Shown here piece by piece: positions 55,767 to 64,000 of a stretch of 64,000 bases of DNA (position 1 is its first letter; the number at the start of each line of letters is the position of its first letter). The stretch lies in contig JAHEXW010000002.1 in NCBI GenBank assembly GCA_023251915.1, positions 46,529 to 110,528 on the forward strand, in the 5' to 3' direction. The notes beneath the pieces are model-generated. The model saw only the letters and a list, made by a program, of their open reading frames with translations. It ran no database searches and was not told the origin of the DNA. Made by a program: the position numbers and the translations under genes. Source of the stretch: Actinomycetes bacterium. GTDB lineage: Bacteria; Actinomycetota; JAHEXW01.

Positions 55767-57920
55767 TTAACCGCGACGGTCTTTCAAGGCGTCAAGGAGC
55801 TCGGTAAGAGCCTCGTGAGCAGCTTCGGCTTGCACTTCTCCAACAGGCCGGCGGCCGTATAAGACCGACTCGAACAGCTCCGTCAACATCAGGATCTGCG
55901 GCCCCCCGGCGCGCGCCGTTTGCGCCGCGGCGAACTCGGACGGCGTTTCCGGAAGACGCCGCGGCCGCCCAGCCGCAGCTAAAACGGCCAGCATTTGTTG
56001 GTAGGCGGCGGCAACCGCGTCCTGCTCTTCTGTTGGTGTCTTTTCCGATACGCGCGCCGACCGCCGGGCTCGCACCAGCACCGCACCGCCAAGCGCAGCT
56101 AGCAAGAATAACAATGCGGCCATTGAGTAAACGTTAAAGAACGTCTGCCGGAAAATGGTTAGCCATGATCTGACGAAGCGCAGCTGGGGTCCGAAGTTCG
56201 CTTTCATATAGTCGGACAGTCGCTGCATGATAAAGGAATCAGATCCAAATGCCGCCGGTTCAGGCAAGGCGAATCCCGGAGTCGGATCAAAGGCGATCCA
56301 ACCATAATTGGGGAAGTAAGCCTCTGCCCAAGAGTGAGCGTGCTCCGCGCGCACCTCCCAGTAGCCGGTTAAAGGGTTATAGTCGCCAGGCGCGTAGCCG
56401 GTAACCAAACGGGTCGGAATCCCGTTTAAGCGGGCCAGGACAACAAAGGCGCTGGCAAACTGGTCGCAACTGCCCCGCCGGCTGCCAAACAGAAAGAAAT
56501 CGATGGCGTCCTGGTCTTCGCGCTGAAACGGGGCATCCAAACTGTACCCGCATCGTTGGCGCAGGGCGGCCTGGATGGCGGACAGTTTGTCAAAGGGTTT
56601 GTCACGGCCGGCGGTAATATCAGTGGCAAATCTCGCGTCGCGGGCCGGCAGCGGCGGTAACTTCAGGTAAGCGGAAATGTCTTTGTTTTTGTAAATACCC
56701 GGGACTTTCGCCAAGCGAACGGGATCGGGCTGGTCATAATGGGAGACCGTGCTGTACACCACACCGCTGTCGAGAGAAAATGAGCTGGTCAAAGCGGAGT
56801 CTTTGTCCTGCCAGACGGCAGCGGCCGGGAAGTATAACAAACTCGCCTGATAGGGGGCGAACACGATATTCGGTTGATCCGCCACTATATAATAAGAGGC
56901 AATCGTCTCGCGCGCGCCCACCGCACCCTCTATATCCAACTGGGGCAGTACTAAGGGAGGACGATCCGTCCGCGCGGTCTTCTTCGCCTTGCCGCCGCTC
57001 TGGCGCCAGCCTTTGCCTGTATATGTGTCGAAAACTTGGGCGCGATGATACACGGGATTCGTAGCCTTGACCCTCATCATCAGGGCCCGCGACAACCGGC
57101 CGCGCACTCGCAGATCCAATGCCTCGTTGAAACCGGGGTATGCCTGGCCGGAAAACGTCGCCCGGCTCATCGGCAGGCGCTCGTTTAAATTAACCTGACC
57201 GCCGCTCAGTAAACCGCCCCGGAAGGCCGCCTGCAGTGCTCGTTCCGCACTGAAGGGCAAGCTTTGCACGCGCATGCCAGGCAAACGCGGCGTCACAAGA
57301 TAAACACCCGCTGACAGAACAATCAATATCGACGAGAGGACGACAAACCCGGCGGCGGCCCGGCCCACCGGCACCTGACGCCGCAAGGACAGCGGCTGTA
57401 TCCCCAGCTCCGAGATATGGGTCAAGAATAAAGCCGCCAGCGCAAACATCATAAACAGGGCCAGGTAGATGATGAACGAAACATCCAGTGCTAAAGTCCC
57501 GGCCATGCTGATCAACACCAATGCGGCCGCCAGCGAAAAATACAGGTCGCGTCTCGCCGGGACGTCAAAACTGTGTAAGACCTGAATCCAGAGAAACAGT
57601 TCGGCCAGCGGGACCCTGGTGTCGTAGGGCTCGGCAACCATGACGTAGAAGAAGTAGAACGTGACGAACAGGAGCGCAAACGAAAGGATTATCTTCAGCC
57701 CGACGTTAGTGCTCTTACGCCTGTACCAGCTTAAGACAAAACCCGCGACGATGCCGACCGGAGCAATAACATTGGTGACGGCACCAAAATAGCCTTGGCT
57801 GATTACGGCCACCGTGCCGGTTAGAACGGCCGCCAGCACGGCGGCTCGAGCCGCGACACTGTTTTCGGCCGGCAGCTTCTTGTTTATCGCGCGGTAACGC
57901 GCCAGGGCTCGCTCAAACAT
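55767..57920 (-). CDS. Transglutaminase-like domain membrane protein (DUF3488-TGase)
   Basis: Several N-terminal transmembrane helices. Transglutaminase core with the catalytic Cys in GSCDQFASAFVVLARLNGIPTRLVTGY. Third gene of the MoxR triad. Confidence 0.8.
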   Translation of the reverse strand: MFERALARYRAINKKLPAENSVAARAAVLAAVLTGTVAVISQGYFGAVTNVIAPVGIVAGFVLSWYRRKSTNVGLKIILSFALLFVTFYFFYVMVAEPYDTRVPLAELFLWIQVLHSFDVPARRDLYFSLAAALVLISMAGTLALDVSFIIYLALFMMFALAALFLTHISELGIQPLSLRRQVPVGRAAAGFVVLSSILIVLSAGVYLVTPRLPGMRVQSLPFSAERALQAAFRGGLLSGGQVNLNERLPMSRATFSGQAYPGFNEALDLRVRGRLSRALMMRVKATNPVYHRAQVFDTYTGKGWRQSGGKAKKTARTDRPPLVLPQLDIEGAVGARETIASYYIVADQPNIVFAPYQASLLYFPAAAVWQDKDSALTSSFSLDSGVVYSTVSHYDQPDPVRLAKVPGIYKNKDISAYLKLPPLPARDARFATDITAGRDKPFDKLSAIQAALRQRCGYSLDAPFQREDQDAIDFFLFGSRRGSCDQFASAFVVLARLNGIPTRLVTGYAPGDYNPLTGYWEVRAEHAHSWAEAYFPNYGWIAFDPTPGFALPEPAAFGSDSFIMQRLSDYMKANFGPQLRFVRSWLTIFRQTFFNVYSMAALLFLLAALGGAVLVRARRSARVSEKTPTEEQDAVAAAYQQMLAVLAAAGRPRRLPETPSEFAAAQTARAGGPQILMLTELFESVLYGRRPVGEVQAEAAHEALTELLDALKDRRG

Positions 57921-59104
57921 GCGGTAATCGATTCATCCTTTCCATAGACATAAACCGTGGCTCTTGATTGGGCAAGTTCGGCCGCCGCTTGTCCTTTATC
58001 CAAACTCGATTCCTTGCCGCCGGCATAGGTGGCGCGATCGATCAGGACGGTCAGCAAGCGGACTCGCCGTGCCTCCACCGCCGCGGCGACCCCCGCCCAG
58101 TCGGCACTAACATCCGCCGTGACCATAATGACGGTCGACCGCGCGCTGACCAGGACGGCCGCCTCTTCGGCCAGCCGTTCCGGAGTCCCCGTTATTGCGG
58201 GCTGTAAGGCCGCCAGCCACTCTAAAGATTGCGCGAGATTGGGCCGGTCCAGCGACAGCAGCCCCGCGGTCTCATCCCAGCCGATGAGACGCAAGGGGTG
58301 TCCGGACGTGAGGCAATAGTTGGCGATTGTCGCGGCCAGGCGCGCCGCTGCATCTAGAGTCGTGTTGCCTGGCTCGCCGGCAACCCCCGCGCCGACAACA
58401 ACTACGGTAACGGGCGAGGCGATCTCCTCCTCGAATTCCTTTACCACCAGCTCGCCTCGGCGCGCTGAACTGCGCCAATGAACGACTCTCAGACTATCGC
58501 CGCGGCGATAGTCGCGAATACCTAGGTAGTCGTAACCCGCCCCGGCGCCGCGCCGTTCATGGAGAGTTTCGGCGGGACTTGACATCGCTTCCAATATCGG
58601 CAGGGTCGGGATGTCCTCGAATAACGGGAAAACGGTCAAACCCGCCGCAGCGCTGAACGCGCGGCGAGCGGTCCATATTCCGAATGGCGCGGCGCAGGAA
58701 ACAACCAATGGAGCCTCAGCAAATACGCCGCGCGGCAGTGTTGTTTCGTAGCGTTTTGAGACGGCGCGGCGTCCGGGCAACCAAGCTAGCGCCGGCTCGA
58801 TGTCCGGCGCCAGGTCATCGTGGATTGAGAGCAAGGCGCGCGCCCAGCGTCCGCCGTTATGAACAACGGCCTCCAATGTCAAAGGGACGTGCTCGAACGC
58901 TTCCGCCGGCGCGTGGCGCGCGGCGCTTAAGCCGTACACCGACCACGAGGCGACGGCATATGAGATTACAACCACAGCTAGCAGCGCTGAGCTGACAAGG
59001 TAGAGCAGGGCCGCCTGGACGTTTGTGGCAATCAAGAACATGGCCAAGGCCAGTGCCAGGAGCGTAACGACCTTACGGTTTATGAGGCGGGATAGCCGCG
59101 CCAT
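57884..59104 (-). CDS. DUF58 domain protein (vWA-like, MoxR-associated)
   Basis: N-terminal transmembrane helices and a DUF58-type region containing DYRRGDSLRVVHWRSSARRGELVVKEFE. Confidence 0.75.
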   Translation of the reverse strand: MARLSRLINRKVVTLLALALAMFLIATNVQAALLYLVSSALLAVVVISYAVASWSVYGLSAARHAPAEAFEHVPLTLEAVVHNGGRWARALLSIHDDLAPDIEPALAWLPGRRAVSKRYETTLPRGVFAEAPLVVSCAAPFGIWTARRAFSAAAGLTVFPLFEDIPTLPILEAMSSPAETLHERRGAGAGYDYLGIRDYRRGDSLRVVHWRSSARRGELVVKEFEEEIASPVTVVVVGAGVAGEPGNTTLDAAARLAATIANYCLTSGHPLRLIGWDETAGLLSLDRPNLAQSLEWLAALQPAITGTPERLAEEAAVLVSARSTVIMVTADVSADWAGVAAAVEARRVRLLTVLIDRATYAGGKESSLDKGQAAAELAQSRATVYVYGKDESITACLSEPWRVTAR

Positions 59105-59111
59105 GATGTCT

Positions 59112-60098
59112 CTAGCTGACCGGCACAGGAATGGCGTCGAGGATGGCTTGAATGACGGCGCGCGCCGGCGCCTCGCCGGTTCTCAGTTTCGGCTTGACGT
59201 AGACCCGGTGCGACAACACGGCGGCGGCGACAGCCTTAATGTCGTCCGGCAACACATAGTCACGCCCCCGGACGGCCGCTAGGCCTTGTGCCGTATGGGT
59301 AAGCGCCAAAGTTCCGCGCGGGCTGGCGCCGAGGACCAGATCGGCCGATTGCCGGGTCGCTTCCACGATTCTGAGCGCATAATCCAGGATCGGCTCGCTC
59401 AACGTGACACCGCGAACCGCGTTTTGCGCTTTCAACACGTCGTCGGTGTGCATGACCGGTTTTAGGGCATCGACCGGATGTCTCATCTGTTGACTGAGAA
59501 TGATGTCACGTTCGTCGTCTCGGCCGGGATAGCCCAGCCCGATGCTCATCAAGAACCTGTCCAATTGACCCTCCGGCAGCGGATAGGTGCCGTGATAATC
59601 AACCGGGTTCTGCGTGGCAATGACGAAAAACGGCTCCGGCAGCGGCCGCGTGACGCCGTCGATTGTCACTTGTCGCTCGTCCATGGCTTCCAAAAGGGCA
59701 GATTGCGTGCGCGGAGTGGTTCGGTTGATTTCGTCCGCGAGAACGATATTGGCGAAAACCGGACCCGGCTGCCATTCGAAATCACCCGTCTTCTGATTGA
59801 ACAGGCTGGTTCCCGTTATATCCGACGGCAAGAGATCGGGGGTGAATTGAATTCGCTTAAAAATGCCGTCGACAGAACGAGCAATTGATTTGGCGAGCAT
59901 CGTCTTGCCGACTCCCGGCACGTCCTCGATCAACAGATGCCCCTGGCAAAGGAGAGCTGTAACCGCTAATTCTACGGCGCTCCGCTTGCCTCTTATGACT
60001 GTTTCGATGTTGGCAATCAGCCGGACGGCGGCTTCTGAAATCTGTTCGCGTTTCATATCAGCACCCCTTTTGATTAGGCGTAATATTCTAGACGGCAT
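59112..60098 (-). CDS. MoxR-like AAA+ ATPase
   Basis: Walker A GVGKT region and Walker B-type LLADEINR. Gene order MoxR, DUF58, TGase. Confidence 0.85.
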   Translation of the reverse strand: MPSRILRLIKRGADMKREQISEAAVRLIANIETVIRGKRSAVELAVTALLCQGHLLIEDVPGVGKTMLAKSIARSVDGIFKRIQFTPDLLPSDITGTSLFNQKTGDFEWQPGPVFANIVLADEINRTTPRTQSALLEAMDERQVTIDGVTRPLPEPFFVIATQNPVDYHGTYPLPEGQLDRFLMSIGLGYPGRDDERDIILSQQMRHPVDALKPVMHTDDVLKAQNAVRGVTLSEPILDYALRIVEATRQSADLVLGASPRGTLALTHTAQGLAAVRGRDYVLPDDIKAVAAAVLSHRVYVKPKLRTGEAPARAVIQAILDAIPVPVS

Positions 60099-60184
60099 TC
60101 TCTATTATACATCTGGATTCCTGTGTTATACTTGAAATACTGTTGCCTAGTAACAAGCGCTACAAGCGCCTATCGGAGGTCGCA

Positions 60185-62158
60185 ATGGAAGATAACACCA
60201 AGAAAGCGCCCCGTAAAAAAACCATTGATCCAGCCGCCGAACAGCTGCTCAAGAAAGCTGAAAAGGATGGCGTATCAACGGCTTTTTCGCGGGTCGACGA
60301 GATGAAGGCGTGCTCGATCGGTCTATCGGGCATCTGCTGTAAGAACTGTTGGATGGGTCCATGCAGGTTGATCAAGGAAGACAGCCGCGGAATCTGCGGC
60401 GCCACCCCGGCAACCGTCGCTGCGCGCAATATGGCGCGGGCCGTCGCGGGAGGCTCGGCTGCCCACTCGGACCACGGCCGCGACGTTGCTCTGATGCTCC
60501 GCGGCATTGCCGACGGCAGCATCTCCGGCTTTCAAATCGCGGACGAAACCAAACTTAACAACGTTGCTGCCGACCTCGGCATTGAGACCGAGGGACGCGC
60601 GATCAACGATATCGCTCTAGACGTGGCCAATGAAGCAGTCGCTAACTTCGGCCGCCAGGAAGGCGAGCTGTCGCTCCTAAACAGGGCGCCGGCTAAACGG
60701 CAAGAGATTTGGAAGAAGCTCGATATTGCGCCTCGCGGGGTCGACCGGGAGATCGTCGAGATGATGCACCGAACCACTATGGGCGTCGATACCGACCCGG
60801 AACACGTTCTGATGCAGTCGCTCAAAGCCGCTCTCGGCGACGGTTGGGGCGGCAGCATGCTGGCGACCGATCTTCAGGACATTATTTTCGGAACGCCGTG
60901 GGCGCGCCGCGGTCAGGTTAACCTGGGCGTTCTAAAAGAAGACGAAGTTAATATCGTCATGCACGGCCACGAAGCCCTACTGTCGGAAATGATCGTCGCC
61001 GCCAGCCGCGACCCGGAGATCATCAAGTACGCCGAGTCTAAGGGCGCCAAGGGTATCAACCTATCGGGCATCTGTTGCTCGTCCAACGAAACCCTGGCCC
61101 GTCAAGGAGTACCGCCGGCGGGTAATTTCCTTCATCAAGAGCTAGCCATCGTTACCGGAGTAGTTGACGCGATGGTCGTCGACGTCCAGTGTATCTTCCA
61201 GGCACTGGCGGATGTCGCTTCCAGTTATCACACCAAGCTCGTCGCAACCAGCCATAAAGCCAAAATACCGGGAGCCGAATACATCCCGCTGGACGAAAAG
61301 AACCCGATTGAAACGGCCAAACAGATCGTCCGGCTGGCCATCGATAATTTCCCGAACCGCAAAGACTATGAGATTCCGCCGCACGTCAGTGAGCTGATCG
61401 CCGGGTTCAGTCATGAATACATCCGGTATATGTTGGGCGGCGAATTCCGCAACACCCTGCGTCCCTTAAACGACGCGATCATGGAAGGCCGCATCATGGG
61501 CCTGGCCGGCGTCGTCGGCTGCAACAATCCCCGCGCAACGCAGGACGCGGCGCATACTTATATTGTGCGAGAGCTGATCAAGAACGACGTCTTGGTCGTC
61601 CAGACGGGTTGCGGCGCCATTGCCAGCGCCAAGTACGGCCTGCTGTTGCCGGAGGCCATGGCGGAAGCCGGTCCCGGATTGCAAGAGATCGGCGAGACCG
61701 TCGGCATTCCCCCCGTTCTGCACATGGGCTCCTGCGTCGATAATTCAAGGATTCTGACGATTCTCTCCGACGTGGTTGCCGAAGGCGGTCTCGGCGACGA
61801 TATCAGCGATCTGCCGGCCGTCGGCATCGCGCCCGAGTGGATGAGCGAGAAGGCGTTGGCAATCGGTGAATACTTCGTGGCCAGCGGCGCCTATGTCATT
61901 TTCGGAGTTTTGAATCCGATTAGCGGCAGCCCCGTTGTTGAGGATATAATGAAGAATAAGTGGCAGGAGCAACTGCAGGGACGTCTCGAGTTCGAGGCCG
62001 ATCCTGCCGAGATAGTTAAGAAGACGTTGGCGCACATCAAGGAACGGCGCGCCGCGCTCGGACTGACCGAATACAAACCGGGAAAATACGTGAGAATCGG
62101 AGCGCCGACTGCGTTCGACGCGAATTCCAAGTCGCTGCAGACGCCACACGGCGCTTAA
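60185..62158 (+). CDS. cooS: Anaerobic carbon monoxide dehydrogenase catalytic subunit (Ni-CODH, CooS/AcsA family)
   Basis: N-terminal cluster-binding Cys pattern CSIGLSGICCKNCWMGPC...GICGA. Size about 657 aa. Similar to the hybrid-cluster-protein fold. Start set at MEDNTKK with a GGAGG Shine-Dalgarno. Confidence 0.88.
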   Translation: MEDNTKKAPRKKTIDPAAEQLLKKAEKDGVSTAFSRVDEMKACSIGLSGICCKNCWMGPCRLIKEDSRGICGATPATVAARNMARAVAGGSAAHSDHGRDVALMLRGIADGSISGFQIADETKLNNVAADLGIETEGRAINDIALDVANEAVANFGRQEGELSLLNRAPAKRQEIWKKLDIAPRGVDREIVEMMHRTTMGVDTDPEHVLMQSLKAALGDGWGGSMLATDLQDIIFGTPWARRGQVNLGVLKEDEVNIVMHGHEALLSEMIVAASRDPEIIKYAESKGAKGINLSGICCSSNETLARQGVPPAGNFLHQELAIVTGVVDAMVVDVQCIFQALADVASSYHTKLVATSHKAKIPGAEYIPLDEKNPIETAKQIVRLAIDNFPNRKDYEIPPHVSELIAGFSHEYIRYMLGGEFRNTLRPLNDAIMEGRIMGLAGVVGCNNPRATQDAAHTYIVRELIKNDVLVVQTGCGAIASAKYGLLLPEAMAEAGPGLQEIGETVGIPPVLHMGSCVDNSRILTILSDVVAEGGLGDDISDLPAVGIAPEWMSEKALAIGEYFVASGAYVIFGVLNPISGSPVVEDIMKNKWQEQLQGRLEFEADPAEIVKKTLAHIKERRAALGLTEYKPGKYVRIGAPTAFDANSKSLQTPHGA

Positions 62159-62190
62159 TAATAAACCATCATGAAAGGAGGAAGAAACAG

Positions 62191-62391
62191 ATGCCGCCAA
62201 AAGTAGATCAGGGAAAATGCACCGGCTGCGGAACGTGTTATGACGTCTGCCCGGCCGATCCTGTCGTCTTCAACGAACCGGATACCGACGACGATAACTG
62301 GAAAAGCACCGTCATCAATCCGGACGCTTGCCAGGAATGTTACGCCTGTGTCGAGAACTGTCCGGAAGAAGCCATTACCTTTGAGGACTGA
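62191..62391 (+). CDS. 2x[4Fe-4S] ferredoxin
   Basis: CTGCGTCYDVCP and CQECYACVENCP motifs. Confidence 0.85.
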   Translation: MPPKVDQGKCTGCGTCYDVCPADPVVFNEPDTDDDNWKSTVINPDACQECYACVENCPEEAITFED

Positions 62392-62394
62392 TTT

Positions 62395-62592
62395 ATGACA
62401 ATTACTAAAGACCTGACCATCAGCCAGGTATTAGAAATGAAACCCGAGGCCGCACAGGTGCTCACCAAGAACGGCATGCACTGTCTGGGCTGTTTCATCG
62501 CCAGCGGCGAAACGGTTGAGCAAGCCGCCGAGGCACACGGGATTAACATCGATACCCTGATGGAAGAGCTGAACGCCGTAGCTTCAGCATAA
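62395..62592 (+). CDS. DUF1858 domain protein (hybrid-cluster-protein-associated redox disulfide family)
   Basis: MTITKDLTISQVLEMKPEAAQVLTKNGMHCLGCFIASGETVEQAAEAHGI matches the DUF1858 architecture, including the CxxC pair. Confidence 0.7.
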   Translation: MTITKDLTISQVLEMKPEAAQVLTKNGMHCLGCFIASGETVEQAAEAHGINIDTLMEELNAVASA

Positions 62593-62611
62593 AAACAAAT
62601 AGAATCAAGAA

Positions 62612-62665
62612 CGACTTTAAGCCGCTGCGCTCCGAGCATAGGACTTCGCCTGGAGCGGGCGGCTT
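62612..62665 (+). terminator. Rho-independent terminator after the cooS-fdx-DUF1858 unit
   Basis: GCCGCUGCGCUCC, a loop, GGAGCGGGCGGC, then UUUUUGC. Confidence 0.55.
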
Positions 62666-62727
62666 TTTGCTAGAATAGTAGCGGTGCCGCAAGTCCGGCA
62701 CGCGTCTTTTCACACCTAGGGGGCGAT

Positions 62728-64000
62728 ATGAACCGCAGAGCCAGACTATTCTTATCCATCGCGACTACGACAATCGTCATGCTCTGCTCAACCGCCCCAG
62801 CGTCGGGCGCCACCGCGTCACCGTCGGCTTGGCAACTGGATTCCTACTGCCGCGGCTGCCACACCACCTTGCATAATCAATGGAAAACATCAATGCACGC
62901 GCAGGCCTTCGAGGATGAGATCTACCAAAAGACGCTGAACCTAGCGGTTACCGATCTGGGCGGTCCCGGCAACGCGGACGCTAAAGCTCTACAGGTCTTC
63001 TGTCTTAGCTGCCATGTGCCGATCGGTAAATTGGCCAACGACTTGCCGCCGACGACTGCCTCGTCCGCGACCGCGATCAGCTGCGATTTTTGCCATACGG
63101 TCAGCGGAACGACAGGGATCGGCAACGCCTCCTTCATCAATACCCCTGGCGATGTCAAGCGCGGCCCGTATTTCGACGCCATCTCTCCGGCCCATGATAC
63201 GACCTTGTCAACGCTACACACCCAAGCTGAGTTCTGCGGCATGTGCCATGACGTCTATCATCCGACGAACGGCATACCGCTGGAACAGACGTATACAGAG
63301 TGGAAGAACGGTCCTTATGCGGCCAAGAACGTTCAGTGCCAGCACTGCATGATGGGCGAGATGAGAGACACCCAAGCCGCCGATTCCGGACCCAAGCGAA
63401 AAGTCGTGTTCGCGCACTTCTTCGCCGGCGGCAACTTCATCAAGGGCAACAAAGACGAGGCGCTGAAGAGGTTAAAGAGCGCCGCTACCGTGAAGTTAGT
63501 CACGGATAAGGGCAATGCCAAGCCGGGTGACGCGGTCCGGATAGATGTCACCGTTACCAACTCCGGCGCTGGCCATAAGATCCCCACAGGATTGACCGAA
63601 ACCCGCGACATGCGGCTGGTCATAATGGCCATCAGCGCGACGGGTGAGCAAACAAAGGTGTTCGAAGAGAAATTCGGAACCGTTATGGAAGACGCGGCGG
63701 GCAAGCATGACGGCACCGTTCCGGTCTGGCGCGCGGTCAAGATATTCTCCGACAACAGACTCGCACCCAAGGAAACACGTGTGTATAACGAGACATTCAC
63801 GATTCCCAAGGGAGCTAAAGCCTCCTACCGCTTTGCCGCCGCCTTGAAATATAGTCCGGCCAACCAGGAGTCGACCGATGCTATTAGCATGAAAAGGTTG
63901 CCATATACCGTAATGGCTTCGGCCGCCCAAACGATTGTCTTGCCGGGCAAGCTGCCCGTGGCGCCGGTAAAATCAACTCGATCCGTTCCGTGGTTCGTCT
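62728..64000 (+). CDS. Secreted multiheme c-type cytochrome, 5' portion; the ORF continues past the window end
   Basis: My own translation, not in the track because it has no in-window stop: MNRRARLFLSIATTTIVMLCSTAPASGATA (signal), then CRGCH, CLSCH, CDFCH, CGMCH and a CQHCM variant. More than 420 codons are open to position 64000. Confidence 0.8.
   Translation, partial: MNRRARLFLSIATTTIVMLCSTAPASGATASPSAWQLDSYCRGCHTTLHNQWKTSMHAQAFEDEIYQKTLNLAVTDLGGPGNADAKALQVFCLSCHVPIGKLANDLPPTTASSATAISCDFCHTVSGTTGIGNASFINTPGDVKRGPYFDAISPAHDTTLSTLHTQAEFCGMCHDVYHPTNGIPLEQTYTEWKNGPYAAKNVQCQHCMMGEMRDTQAADSGPKRKVVFAHFFAGGNFIKGNKDEALKRLKSAATVKLVTDKGNAKPGDAVRIDVTVTNSGAGHKIPTGLTETRDMRLVIMAISATGEQTKVFEEKFGTVMEDAAGKHDGTVPVWRAVKIFSDNRLAPKETRVYNETFTIPKGAKASYRFAAALKYSPANQESTDAISMKRLPYTVMASAAQTIVLPGKLPVAPVKSTRSVPWFV

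Noticed and set aside
60099-60184. CooA/CRP- or Rex-type operator upstream of cooS
   Set aside because: TGTGTTATACTTGAAATACTGTTG is AT-rich and repeat-like, but it is not a true palindrome and does not match the TGTCA-N6-TGACA or TTGTGAA-N6-TTCACAA consensus.

Overview
This is a high-GC (about 60%) bacterial chromosomal window that is almost entirely coding. Gene order from metG through mfd closely follows the Bacillus subtilis metS-mfd region, so the organism is probably a Firmicutes/Clostridia-like anaerobe, though I cannot confirm that from sequence alone. The ORF track appears to omit ORFs that run off the window edge and ORFs under 60 aa, so several features below are my own translations.

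1. Minus strand, positions 1-15300: one long co-directional array. It runs from two copies of a candidate Moco/tungsten-cofactor riboswitch through a tungstate ABC transporter (tupB, tupC), then molybdopterin biosynthesis (moeA, moaA, moaC, MOSC, mogA). A divergent second CcmC-like protein and a membrane hexaheme cytochrome c follow. Then comes a complete System I cytochrome c maturation set (ccmE, F, A, B, C, plus an unlisted 52-aa CcmD candidate). The CcmE carries Cys where the heme-binding His normally sits (CPSKY instead of HxxxY). The array ends with hemX-hemA-hemC and a truncated hemD. tupA, with the TTTS motif, sits separately behind the second riboswitch copy.

2. Positions 19.0-28.4 kb: a tight five-gene operon of two peptidase-U32 paralogs (UbiU/UbiV- or TrhP-like), an AAA+ protein with degenerate Walker A and B motifs, a 69-aa Cys/His-rich protein and a nitroreductase. 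It lies directly downstream of a 1970-aa secreted S8 subtilase carrying 14 tandem PKD-like repeats, next to a tRNA-Leu(TAA) gene.

3. Positions 29-50 kb: housekeeping genes (ppx, ftsB, eno, mazG, prsA-like, mfd, pth, ctc, prs, glmU, spoVG, ispE, veg, ksgA, metG). Two perfect palindromes, 26 and 28 bp, sit at the ppx promoter. A tRNA-Gln and two tandem PAS/HD-GYP sensor paralogs are inserted between spoVG and glmU.

4. Positions 50-64 kb: an AbrB-like regulator with a zinc-ribbon tail, rsmI, a DUF362-ferredoxin protein, a ROK glucokinase, a GGDEF protein and a MoxR/DUF58/transglutaminase triad. Divergent from that triad is an anaerobic CODH cluster (cooS, a 2x[4Fe-4S] ferredoxin, DUF1858), followed by a secreted multiheme cytochrome c that runs off the window end.

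No CRISPR arrays, transposases or integrases were found.
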